Of a stretch of 64,000 bases of DNA, positions 33,796 to 47,700 are shown one piece after another. Numbering within the stretch: the stretch's first letter is position 1; each line of letters opens with the position of its first letter. The position numbers and the translations under genes are program-made. Under the pieces are notes generated by a model. That model had not been told where the DNA came from. It saw only the letters and a list, made by a program, of their open reading frames with translations, and searched no databases. The stretch is from Tubulanus polymorphus (lineage: Eukaryota; Animalia; Nemertea): positions 22,416,150 to 22,480,149 of the forward strand of contig NC_134026.1 in assembly GCF_964204645.1 (NCBI RefSeq), given 5' to 3'.

Positions 33796-35781
33796 ATTGT
33801 ATTGTGTGTTCTCTTCAACAAATTTTTTGGTTGTGGCAAAGTCCCAAAGTTATGGAACCAAAGTATCATACACCCAATTCACAAAAAAGGTAAAGATGAA
33901 CTAGACCCCTTAGGATATCGTGGAATCAGTTTAAATTCTAATGTCGGTAAACTATTTAGCGCCATTCTCAATAATCGACTGGTTGAATTTTTAGATACCA
34001 ACGATTTATTGTGTGACGAACAAAATGGATTTCGAAAAGGTAGATCGTGTTTGGATCATATTCTTAGTTTAACTAGTATTGTAAAAAACCGTCAACTGTG
34101 TAATCAATCTACCTTTGCTTGTTATATTGACTTCAGTCAAGCATTCGATAGGGTCGATCGTCCATATCTTTTATATCGACTATATAACATGGGTGTAGAT
34201 GGAAACTTTCTAAATAGTATCAAAAGTATGTACACCAACAATGATGCGAGGTTGAGATTAAATGGTCATATGACGGACAGTTTTCCGAGTGTTTGTGGGG
34301 TCCGACAAGGAGACTGCCTTTCTCCAACACTTTTTTCTATATTTCTAAATTCATTGGCAAATGAGATTAAATCCATGAATCTTGGGATTGATGTCAGAGG
34401 TAGTAATGTGTCCATTTTACTTTACGCTGATGATATTGTTCTGATTGCATATGACGAACCTTCTTTGCAACTTATGATAGACAAAGTAACCGAGTGGTGT
34501 AGTAAATGGAAATTATAGTTAATATAAATAAATCTAAAATAATGCATTTCAGAAAAAAAAACAGTGAGGCTCACTGACTTCGTATTTACACTGGATAATA
34601 TACCCATGGAAGTTGTCAGAACATATCACTATCTAGGAATTGAACTTGATGAATTCCTTGATTATAATGTAGTAGCTGATTCCCTTGCCTCCAAACGCTG
34701 GGAAAGCACTCGGTAGCCTTTTAAGTAAACATTTCAGTAGTAGCGGATTACCTTTCACAACTTTTTCGAAACTATATAATGCAACAATAGTACCTATAAT
34801 GGACTATGGCAGTGCTGTTTGGGGTGTAAAAATATATCAAAGTTGTAGTAAAATCCATTATCGAGCTATGCGCTCTTTTCTCGGTACGGGGAAAAATTCA
34901 TCTTTGTTATCGATTGAAGGTGATATGGGATGGCTACCGGTTTCTATTAGGCATCGTATTGAGGTTTTACGTCTATGGTTTCGACTTTGTAATATGCCAG
35001 ATACGAGACTAACCAAACACTTGTTTCTTTATGATTATGAACTGGCCGTTATTGGCAAAGCTAATTGGTGTTCATTTGTCAAGACAATACTAACTGAATG
35101 CAATATGGAATATTTTTATGAGAACTTGCAGTTTTCTACACTAAATACCTATCAAATTAAAAAGGTTTTGAATGATATTAGAAAAATTTTATATAGGAAC
35201 TATGCTTTAACGTGGTCAAGAAATGTTCCTCTGCAACCAAAACTCCGTACTTATACCTCACTTAAGCCAAAATTTGGAACAGAAGATTATGTCAAATTAC
35301 ACACATCACGTTCAAACCGCTCCACAATAGCAAGATTAAGAAATGGTACTTTCCCCTTAAACATAGAACTAGGTCGCTACCGTAATCTGCCAATTGAACA
35401 AAGAATATGTGTTGCATGTACATCGAATGAAGTTGAAACAGAGGAACATTTCTTGTGCACTTGTCTCAAATACGTTGATTTACGTAATGACCTTTTTTCT
35501 AAGATTAATGCTATCTTGGGCCTAGACATATATCTTTTGTCAAATATCGATAAGGTTAGAATTCTATTAAGTAATAGTCGTATTGTAACTAGTGTTTGCA
35601 GATTCATATCAGCCGCAATGAAACTTCGCAATTCCTAATTCATTTTAAACCAATTATATCCAATCTGAATTAGTTGTACCAGTTTGTCACATGTTTGTTG
35701 TACTTGTAAATGTCAATGTGTCTTGTAAGCCTTATTATAGGCTGGCTTGTCTATCGAGATGACACGTAAATAAAGATATAT
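33796..35781 (+). mobile_element. 5'-truncated, frameshifted non-LTR retrotransposon (RT + C-terminal CCHC; RTEX-like)
   Basis: RT motifs include YRGISL, QNGFRKGRSC, IDFSQAFD, GVRQGDCLSPTLF, LLYADD and YHYLG. The C-terminus reads RLRNGTFPLNIELGRY...CVAC...EEHFLCTC (stop at 35638). Frameshifts lie near 34515 and 34690, with AATAAA at ~35769. A probable 9-bp TSD, ACATATAAT, lies at 33787-33795 and 35782-35790. There is no endonuclease or ORF1. Confidence 0.92.
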
Positions 35782-38700
35782 ACATATAATTCAGTCGCAA
35801 GATTCTATAACACATAAATGACATATGATATGAAAATCTATATGAGCTATTGTCTCATCGCGTCTTTTTCACGCAAGGTTTCGTATAATATACTCTCTAC
35901 ATATACACGTTCAAAATATGCAAATTAATGTACGAATTTATTTTCAGCGCATACAGAAAAATCTTGTCAATATCGAAGATTCATAAATTTACGTTGCACT
36001 ATACAGCATCGTTGCAATATACTGTATACGTTCATACAGAGGATATTTGTTTTTCCTTGAAAACTGAAAATCAGTCTAACCCAAAAATGTTTACCCGAAG
36101 CTCTTATGCAGCTATAATAGCCAACGTATTTTCGACGATTCATGCCAAACGAGAAGAGAATTGAATTGTTTCTCGCAGTGTCCAAACTAAAGAACCATCT
36201 GTCATGTTCAAAATGAAACAACCTGCCGATTATAAATGCACCACGTCATCGAATATACTTGAAGAGACTCGGCGCATAAGCTAAAAATCGAAAATAAAGT
36301 GTACTTCGAGCGACCGCTGGGACCTGCTGTGAAAAACAACTTCATTTAGCTAATCCGAATGAGGTTCAACATTATACCGACTCACCGAGATACAGTTTAC
36401 CATAAAACTTAGCAATCTAACGCTCGGTGGCTACGTGTTGCTTAGCGTAACTTTACGTTGGATTTAGATGTTTGGTCAGCTGTCAGATTAAGTTTTAAAG
36501 AGTCACTGAAGCTAATTCCGATATGACATAGCCCGAAATATAATTCATCTTAATAACAGCAATAGTTATTCACGTTGCTTGACTTATCCGTTAATAATAG
36601 AACATGGGAGGTCTTTTGCCCACGAACAACTCTTTCTGGGCATATACCTCCTAAATAAATAACGTTCAATGGATTTCAATTAACTTTAGCGTTTCAAGTC
36701 TTAATAGAGTTTTCGACGGCTATGGTCCGTCATTTATACGGACTACAATGCGCATCTTATCGGGTGAAGAAGAGGCATTCTTGTCATACAATGTGAATAC
36801 AAAATCAAAAGCCTTTTCGCAGTCGACGAACCAGAAGTAACGATGTATATTACACGTCAAATCATTACGGTAACAATCCGAAGCTGTCAGTTATTGCAAC
36901 GAGCTTTTTATAACGAAATGAATTCATAATAGCGACATGGCTGTGCACTAGCACAGTCGGAAGTTGAGTATTTGAGCGACAAACGCGTAAAATAAGGCTA
37001 CTAATTTAACTTCCATTCGCTATTGTGTGAAAGGTGTAATTTAGTTCTTGTTCTGAGCTTTTGAATGATTATCTTTATTAAGCGTGTCGAAGTTGATTAA
37101 ATCTTACATTTTGGAGTTGAATATAATTGGCACGGTAAAGAAACACACAGCCTTATCCATAGCCGAAACTAAAAGTTGATTAAACTTCGGGTAAAATACT
37201 GATCGGCTTTTTTTCAACTGCTAATGTGAATACTGATATAACATTACACAGAATCAACTGAATTATAAATTATGTTCTAAATGTAAATCATGCATCCTTA
37301 CACCAGGGTTGTTATATTGGTGGCAACGACCCACAGGGCATTTTAAAGGCAACCACATCAGATTAAGAGTTGAACATTTAAAAGGTAAATAAGTCCATTG
37401 AATTTAGTGAAATTCGGCGCTAAATAGGAAGCCCCTGGATTTAGGCATCTCTTAAGAACGTTGACTTTTCGCGCATTGAATCCAACTCGAAGTTTACCGA
37501 CCGATTACGCCTTGACAAATTAAATGAAGTTAGATTAATTTCACGGAGAGTTTGACGAACAAACACCGCAGATAATGCCCCATAAAGGGAACACTTTCAT
37601 TTGGAAGCCCTTGAGAAAATACGGTACATAAAGTTATGCAATTCCGACGCATCAGGTGTGGGTTAGGATCATTTTGTACAAAAGTCCATTTTGTAGGTAT
37701 TTTCTTTTATTTAGTCACCCCTGTTAGAGCTACGACACATGACGACACGGAATGCGATGGATTGAAAAATCTAAATGAACCCTAAAAGCCGTATCACAAA
37801 CACTTAGGGGCATTTAATACCTAGTTAAAAAATAAACAATATACAGAAGCTCCGTCGTCGTTGCATAAGCAGCTGTTTGATTCCGTTTTTGTTTAGGATT
37901 TAAGGAGGATAAATGTTTGTTGATCTGTTATTTACCGTAGCAATTTTCAAGGACATGGAGTATATGAGACTGCAATAATGAGTCAAAACTGGAGAATTTT
38001 GTGGAAAGTTTGATCAAGATATAACATGGTTTCTTCGAGATTTGAATTTGAGAAATAATTCTGATTTGTAAGGATGATGTATGGTGCAATAAGACGAAAA
38101 GTCGTGGCCGTGGTATAGAATAAGCTCCACACGGTACTCTTCTGATATGAAATAAGACTTGAAAATACGCCAAACGAAATCAGAATTCCCAAACACATTG
38201 CGAGGGGAGTATTGTGGTATTGTTGCATTATCTCGACACAATGTATATTCCTGTGGTATTATCTCGACACAATATATATTATAAACACACAAAAGATAGA
38301 ACAGTTTTGTTACAGAATTATTCAAGTTGACGTAGCAATATTTGGATGCGGCCGCCTCATTGAATGAAGAGATACAAGAAGTGAAAAAATACTTCTTAGT
38401 CCATTGTGCACACGAAATTGACTTGCAGATTTCTCCGGCGCCAAGGAGATTAGGTGGTATTGCCTCGAATGGTATCATCCCAGTAAAATAACAAACCATT
38501 TCAAGAAGAGGCTCGCAAAAACTTTTTAAGCGTCAATAGGTCAATTTGCTCGATTGAGAACGGCTTCTGTTTGGATGCTTGAATAAAATGATTTTCGAAT
38601 AACCAGCGCGCGGAATAGAATTCATAGCCCCTTTTCAAGAAAACTTCAAAACCTTTCAAAGATGTAGAATCGAGAATTAGATGAATTTGACTTTGGCCAG

Positions 38701-41700
38701 AATAGTGTTGGAGAAGATTGTGTCTATATAAATATAATGATATATCATTTGTTTAAAATTATGACGTATTATGTAAGGCTAGTTGTCTACAAACATGATG
38801 AGCACTTCTTTAAATAATGGGACGTTTTGTAATTAAGTCTGATCGATTTTTGGAGAAATTGAATTGTAATATCATCCATCACCGCAACTGGGAAAACTGC
38901 AACGCGCTTTTCCCCGAGGCCTATAATATCACCTGAAACCCGGGTAATAAGTTCATATCTAAGGTGCCATAGTCAACCCCTTCCTGACTTGCTTTTGTTG
39001 GCTTTCTTCGGTAATTACTTCCGTTCAATATGTATCCCCGACCGTGGCACGTCGCCACTCGGCAGGTAGCGGAATTTGTCCGATTCCGAACCAACATAAT
39101 TAATGCCAAAGGCCACGAACGAACGGAACATCTTTTTGGTCTAGCAATATTTTTGTCTGTGTATCGCCATTGTCGGTATTTATTGTTCGCACTGGGGTTC
39201 CAGCCCGCAAACGTGGGAAAATCGAAAAGTCTTTTAAATCGCGATGCATCGTCTGACGCATTCCAGAGGTCGGCTGCGTTCTAGGATAGACGATCGGTCG
39301 GTTTTTGTATGCAGTCATGGAATTTCGTCTTCTAAATTATTTTCTAAACAAAAACGAAATACACAGATCCGCATCATTTTCTGGCCTTTATTCTACGCGA
39401 AAGATACGCTACCCCCAGCGGAGAGACTATGTAGAAATAAACGGTTTTTACATTATCAATACATGTACAAACGCGTGCTGTACACGGTATCATTATGTTA
39501 AGATGAAAAGCTATTGCGGACATACTGACAGACGCAAAATGGAATACAGCTTTTTTTTCATAAATTTTTTGTTTGAATTTTCAACTCTACGACGATGCAA
39601 ACGTAATTGAAAACGGAAAAATGAGAACACCTGCATTAATATTAGGGTTCTCCTGGTAATCGAAAAAGGTGAACCAAACTTCAAATGTCGAAAAAGGGTT
39701 TTGTGGACATGTCAAATATTTTACGCGAAATAATTAAGTTGTCTTTGTGGTTGTAAGTTGTCTTTGTGGTCGAATGATACCAGTGAAAAGATATGTGTAG
39801 ACAAACAATGAATACTTCAACAGCCATGCATTTTATGTCTACTTCCGACTATGGAAGCGATATACGTTGTGCGATCAATTTCAGTTTCCACTTACGGCAA
39901 GGATTAGAACGTGTTAAGCCACTGCTGTTCCAATATTGGCTACAAAAACGATCACTTATACTATCGATCTAATCAATTGTCCCATCGAATGGCACAATGT
40001 GTCACAAAAATGAAAACTGGCCAAATCCTGTTTTCCATATCAGCGGTTTTTATGCGCTTTTTAGCTTGAAATCGTATCCACGCTAATAAACCGGTAAGTG
40101 GTTTTTCAAGGGTTTAACATTTCGCTCAGAGGAAAGTCTGAGCTCTTAAATTGCGAACAAAAGCTGGCTTTTTGCAGTTTTTAATGTACGCACCGGGCTA
40201 TAAACGAAACGGATGCAAGTAGGTTTTTGTACGTTAACTTTAGAACTTTCACCAACACTAACGACTGACCAAAACATTTTGATGGCGCCTGGCGGATTAG
40301 GGAAAACTCATAGAAACTTAAGTCGACGTGAAACACGGCGTATAGTTGACAAAGCGCAAGCGGTTGATACGACCTCGGGCCAAGCTAAGATACACACAGA
40401 TTTCAGGTGTCAACATATGCGGAACTTCGAGCCCTCTCATACGGCTCGATGTGTTCTCAGTCGGTCAGCTTCTTCACTTTACCGACAACACGCAGAGTTT
40501 TACACGCCATCAAATGAGGCAAAAATTTGCCAAAGACTTCAAACGATGAAATCCCGCGTTGAAAGTATACGTTAGCGGAGTCGACGTTGAGCCGACCCCT
40601 GATCAGCGGTTACCACGACTTCGTGCTAAAAGAGATATCGCGTCAAAAAAACACCGCTACGATAAACAACGAACAGTTAGAATGTTGCCAATTCTTTAAT
40701 TCAAGTGTGGGAATGTATAATAGTATACCGCGGCTCGGACCCATGACGTCAGTGAGCAGTTCAAACGAGTCATATTGATTCTGATGTCACACGCAATTCT
40801 GATATTCAGACGTGTATATAATCTTTTATATTATTCAAGTTTTCATGAATATTTCCGCCGTTATAGGCACAGCAGCACGTCTTCATTTGACTATAGCTTG
40901 GATCGCAAATGACCTAAGAAAAATAGTGTAAGGAGAGAATCATTAACTAAAATGATCGGTCAGATTTCTCATTGCCCCAAGAGAACGACGGTTGACCGTT
41001 TGGCATTTGCCCGCGGGGTCTATATGTTGTCGCTGTTAATGAGATATTTCGACAATCCTGTGAACAACCAATTAGTAAATCATAGATACCAAACAAATCC
41101 CCATTTCCTCTGAGGTCAATGATAGAACGCTTTCGACCGTATATGATTTGACGTAGGAAATCTATGTATATAGAAGTCATGATTTATCCGCTGGTATCAG
41201 AGGTAGAGCATCACACAATATATATACCTTAACAATGATCCCCTAGTTATAAATATGGAATTCATCTCCGACAAAATGTACATCAATTCGAAGAATTTCC
41301 ATCTAAAAGAATCCTAGATACCTGTGAAGGGTTTGGATTAAGTTTCGATATGTTCTTGAGTTATGAGTCGCTAAATTGCAACCGAATCTCTGGTATGTTC
41401 AAATGATAATTCAACACTCCTGATGGGTATACCGGTATTTGATATAATTTTTGCAACCATCGACCATCTTCAAATCCTAGTCTTATACGTTTTTTTTTTA
41501 CATTGCAAAGAAAATATATGAAAAATTCAGATCTTGAATCAAATAAAAAGAAAGAAAGAAAAGCTCTTATCGGCTACAGATACAGATTCACATTCAGATT
41601 TGAATTTATTGCTCCAGAAGTTATACAATTTTTAGAGCACAGGATACAAAGAAATAAACAGTTTACTATAGTTATACATCATTTTCACTCCAGATTTTAG

Positions 41701-44700
41701 AAAGTCCGTGATACAATACAATTGGAAATCGTTTAGAAAATCCGTACATTACAAGCTGGAGACACACCCGGAAAACCTGGCGGAAATCACCTCGTATCAA
41801 AAATCTAGCAGCGTTTTTTTAGAAAATGATACAAAGTGTGCGAAATTCGGCCTCTGTATCGCGCGTGGCAGATGGCGAATCTCATGCTTGTGGTGTTCGA
41901 AAAGTTTTATAGGCGGAATGAAGTTTCCTTCTCGTGTCGTCTGAGAGGATGTTGAAGCAATTGATATTTCACTAACAGAATGCCATGCCCGCGGCTTCCA
42001 TCTTCGATCGAAAAGATCTATTTGCCAAGTTGCTGACACTCCACCTTCTAATATAATAAACTCAGCGATATAATTTGACTAATAATGCACTTGATATTGC
42101 GACAAATAACTATCTTGACATCATGATTTTAGGCATTGATTTTGACCTTGTGTCGATAAACGAAAGCCTTTGTTTCTATTTCTTTGGTTTATGTCTCTTT
42201 TTATCTTGCTTCCTATTATTGGTGTTCTCATTTTTATGGCTCTTCATTTAATTGCCGCATTAACCAACCGAGGCATTTGAGCTGCACCCAGATTAGCTCA
42301 TGTTCCTCGCAATGGTACCGGTCCGAGCGAAAAGAAATGAAAAATGTTCTCAACAATTATAAAGGTACGTGGGACCTTAGAGCGAGTCTGTCATTAAACG
42401 CCTGGTGTCGTTTTTTTGGGGTATATCATTGTCACCAAACCCAAAAGTGATCTCGAAATCATGTCATGTTTTTGACACTGATGGACGTGACACTGACTAT
42501 AGTACCGAGTCGACCCCACCAGTGCCAGGTATATCTCATTAATCACACGGTCGTCTGACAGCTTCTTGTCGCCGTAAACAGAAGGAAATATGACTTTTAC
42601 CTCTAGAATCATAATCCCTATTCAAGACCCGATATAGTTGACCTGGTACATGAATAAGCGTGGGCTGAACCCAGGTGAAGGCTTCGGAATGAAAATAAAA
42701 ACCACCCAAACCGAGCTCCGTCATCAATCAAAATCTGATAGATACATTTCTTATTGCAATTTGGTGGCTTTTAACTTTTTCTGCCAACATAATCACGTCC
42801 ACTTATTGTGATACAATGGCATTTGGAATCCACTGTCAGATTTTGACAGGCCAATCTACCTGTCCAATATGAAATCTATGGAGAATATAATTACAGGTTT
42901 TGTCAAAACTGGCAAAGCGTGTACATTAACTTTTAGTGACCGATACCCATCCCAAAAAACTAATTGAACATCTGCAGTATTCGTGTCAGGAGGCTTCACA
43001 TTATGGGCACCATAACTTAGTATCTGCTAAAATCTACATGTGATTTCTTGGCCGTTGTTTCACAATCTGGTGGAGATGATATTTTGCCAGACATAATTTT
43101 TCATAAATATTTATGATTGCATTTTTCCACGTTTATAAACGAAAATCGACACCCTATCGAACTCGCACACACGCAAACACACACATATACGTGTCCTAAT
43201 TTTCATTTGAATGATGTTAAGTTATGCACTCACCCTGCCGTGTTACGTTCGGTCACCCTGCAGTGCTAATTTGATTCATTCGACCCCATGAACGTTTTTT
43301 GGGACGGTTTTCATTTATCGAGTCGCTAAGAAAAGTCTGAAGAAACATATAGGTTGTATCTAAAGTGGGGTCATAGCGCGCCTTCTATGTTATCGATTCA
43401 AAATCAACACCTTTTTAGCGAACAAAATATCTATAGTGAAAAAATGCCGATCTTATTGGAATGAGTATTTCTTTATGTTGGCTGTACATTGATGATCGTG
43501 ACGGGGACACTTTTAACAAGCCTGTCAATAGATGTCTTGTGTATTTTCTTTAAATCAGAAGCGACTTCTATTTAATATCAATAATTGAAGCGGCACTCCA
43601 GGCCATATATCCTGTTTTCTAAAACGCTTGCTAATTTACAAAGTCACCTATCAGTCAAAGCTGTGTTATATCAGTGCCTATCAATGGGGTTCACAGGGCA
43701 TCTGTTGTATTCGGATCTCGGTGAATCGTCGAGAATTGTCGACGATTTCTCGAAGTACAAAAAACAGGTAGTGCTTCAGACGAAAAAGTCATAGCAATTA
43801 TCATGCAAAGGCAATTTTAAATGAAATTGTACCGCTATGTGAATAGGTCGTTTTCGTCTGAAACGTTGAATATTCTTGCCTTGAAATCATCTAGAATTGA
43901 AAGACAGACAATGAATGTTCGCTTCCCATGCATCAAATGTCAACTAAATTGAAATTGTCACTTTTTGAATTTCTTTTCATTTTTCACGGAAGGTGGTCAC
44001 AATAGCTGTTAAGTTCCTTGTCATTGTAACATCAATCTAAGGACGATTTTCAAGGTTATCTCGATGTTTTCCGATATCATCTGCGCATCACATATAGGTT
44101 ATAAAGCATTAAAAGGATTGTCTTCTTTTCTTCGTGGAGAGTTCCTATCTCTCGTCATGACTCTTATTGAGAAAAGAAAACTAAGAAGGTTTACTAAACA
44201 AGATATAACTATTTACATTGATTTCTTTTCATGTAACTTAATCATAAAAGAAATAATCATAAAGAAATAATCATAACATCACGAGTCCGTATTCTAATTT
44301 TGGTTGTGACCATGAAAGCATTGGAAAAAATGTTTGAAGTGTTCATTTCTTGTCTTCAAGTCTCTCAACCTGTGAAATTGATAAAAATACTACTATTGAT
44401 AATGACTACTGACATATGACGAATGAATGACTTTTATTTTCGACAATAGTCTATTTTGCTGTAAGGAATCGGATATAATAGTGCAAACAGTAGAGACAAT
44501 GAAATTCCATCGAGTTTATCAAAACACACAGAGTCATACGGTGTCCATGACCAAACCGTAAAGATTTAGATTTGCTTTCAAAAACAATACAAAGATGACA
44601 CTCCACGTAAAGTGGTGAATATTATTTTGTGCTCTAAACCGCGTGGGTCATTTATTATTCATCTGAATATGGAATGTTGACATAAACTTGCTGACAGACA

Positions 44701-47700
44701 CCCAGAGAAAAGCCATAGACACGTTTCAACAAATATCATCAGTAATTGTCTATAGATGGACTGACCTATTCGTATATTCTTTGATGTAGTAAGACGTTTT
44801 CCCATACACTATTCAGACAAATGCAAAAAGAAACCATTTGCTGGCTTGTTAGCTTTACACGGTCCGTTACCCTGAATAAAACCACCGGCAATAGTTTTTC
44901 CTGATTGACAGTTTGACTTCGTATGACATCGAAATACCATCACGACAAACGCATAATTGCTATTAATTTGAATAGCGACTGTCAGGCGTTTCGGAGTTCA
45001 CCATGTGAACGCTACGAAGTTCCCAAACATTTTGAAAAGCAACCATCAACAACGCTTTTGACGCTATTACTTTACGTATAGGCCTAAAAGTAATACGACG
45101 TTGTGTGTACAAAATGATAATGTTAGTATTCGATGAAAATTCTCCCAATGTCCGGCGAAAATTCCAAAACGGATGACAAACAAATGTGTACACGTCACAA
45201 ATAAAATCCTTCTGAATAACATAGTTACAGAAAGTTGTTATTTAGTGCATACCGTGTTCGACTCGTAGTCAAATATGTCTTCGCACACATGTCAATATAG
45301 GTAATTACTTAATGGACCTGTCATTCGCCGATTAATATACTGCCAATTTCGATATAAAGTTAATAAATGACAGTTTAGTGTGAAGATCAAATACGTATGA
45401 ATATACCTGGTAGTTTGTGATTCAAATGATCGATGTAAATCGAAAAGGTGGAGCAATAATGAATCAAATTATGTCTGCACAGTTTTGTTCGGCAAAGATT
45501 AAGTCAACAAGGATATGTTGGACCGGGTATGTTTAATTACGTGCAATACTCAGAAAAACGCAACCGTTTCCTCTTAAAAGCCTTTTTGAATAAGACGGGT
45601 GCAATTGTGGTGCAGAAAGGTGCAAACATCAGTTGAAAAATCACTTGAGTTTATCGAGTGAGGTTAAGAGAACCCATTTCTATTCACGTTAGTGAAAATA
45701 CATGTATAATCTAGTTTCAAAATGTCTATAAGAAGTGATAGAAAATTTCGATCACACATCTCGTATAAAGTATTCATCGAATGTAAAATGGGATCTTCAT
45801 AGACCCATCCAAGAAACACGATTCTAATTGGCGCCATTTTTTACGATCGATATATCCGTGGGTGACATATTAAACCAAGTTCAGAGACGTTGCATCGGCA
45901 TCATCCAGGTGCAACGAGAAGCGCATTCGGGTCACCACGCGTATCAGATCGCAAAACAACGTTAAGAAATAATCTTAGCGTCGAATATGATTTCAAACAT
46001 ATATATATGTTTGAGGAAACGTTCATACTTCCCACGCATTTCTGTGTATCTTTGTGCAACAAACACGTGTTATACCTCGGGGACGGTCCCGTCCTTTGAA
46101 AAGACTCATTTTTATCATTGTCGAATATTTTCTTCAATCAGTTCTTTTCTTGATTTTTTGGTTTTTGTTTGATTCGAGATGCTTATTTGATTTGACTGGC
46201 GGCATTTTGATGAGACCTGTAGATTTGCCTACTCGGTTGTGTAATCCCCCACCGAGATGCGATCGGATGACGCGCGCTCTTCACATAATAAGCAAATAAT
46301 TTTTCATTATTTCCGATAAACTGACAATGTACGCCCATGACAATACCGAGTTACAGAACCAGAGCGCCGAGATCTATTTTCTTTTGTGCGAGCCGAGCGC
46401 GGAAATCAAGGTGAATTTCCTGTACGACGTGATGAGATATTCGTCGTCTGCACAGCCATTCCAAGATTTGAAATGGTGTAACGCACTCGAAATGAGTTTT
46501 TACATTGAAGAAAAAAATCTAATGATACAGTTTTTGTTATTCGCCGAGTTGTCGGGTTTCGGCGTCACCTGCAATAGGTGTAGCTCGCGGCTGTCACACC
46601 CACTGGCGAAACATCGCAGCTGCAATATATACGTACTAGTTTCCGAGTCGGTAATTGCTAATAGTCAGAAAAGTTCAAATAATAAAGTATAATTTGTGAT
46701 GCTTGACAATGCCAGATTCATACCCTCAATAAGACGCGTTTTTGAGTGGAATATGTTATTTAATAGAATATTATAATCCGGCTAGTTCATCGGTTAATTC
46801 TTTTATAGTACATAGCGCGTATCCCCGTGGCATTTCTAAGATGCCTTTTTGTCGCAGCTTCCCTCGTCATTAAGCAAATTCAATTTTCACATTAACCGTC
46901 GTCTCGGTTTGTAATTGTGCAAACCGAATAAAAAGCCAGTCATAATTTCCGATTTTTTGTCCGACACGTGGAACGGGAGTCTGAAATACGATGTTAACAA
47001 TGTTACAAAACGGGGTATCGTATTTGGTCACGCGTGTTAAAAGAGATCTACATTACTTCAATGCGAAACGAAACAATGAATTCGACCGATATGGAAGTTT
47101 TTGAAACTGGTATACAACAATCGATGCTTTTATATACAAACTGAATGATTCGTTTCCTTATACAGACAAACAGCCGCATCACCGAGGACAACCGATGCAT
47201 TCCTAATCAAATGGTAAACGTACAAAGAATCAACCGGTTGTTTTTTTCATAATAACGGTTTCAAATTTCATTGTGATTAGTTGTAAAACATATTATCGAA
47301 CAGTCTTTTCTATCAACTTAAGAAAGGAAAATCGGACTAGTGTCACGGACTGAGTATCTGCATACATCCATCCGGCATCATTATGATATGTATAACTATA
47401 GATAGAAAATGACAAATGCTTCAATGATTGACATTTCGGATTCTTTTATCTGTTTTAGTTGTAAACCTTTTTGACATTTCTAATTTCGGCTGTCTAAAAC
47501 AACGTTTAATACAATAACAATCGCTGTCTTAATTTCGCTCATCCGACTGTGAGATTATGATATCCTATTATTGTCATACTAATGGTACTTAGCATCTCTT
47601 CGTACAATAACAACGGGTGACAGATGCCTGACCAAGGATTTAAACTATCATTAATTTCATACTCATCAACGAATCAGAATTCGGCTTTGAAACCGGGAAA

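Noticed and set aside
40124-40143. GGAAAGTCTGAG resembling the RNase P RNA CR-I motif
   Set aside because: It is part of a small local hairpin (gctcaga/tctgagc), and no CR-V partner is visible downstream.
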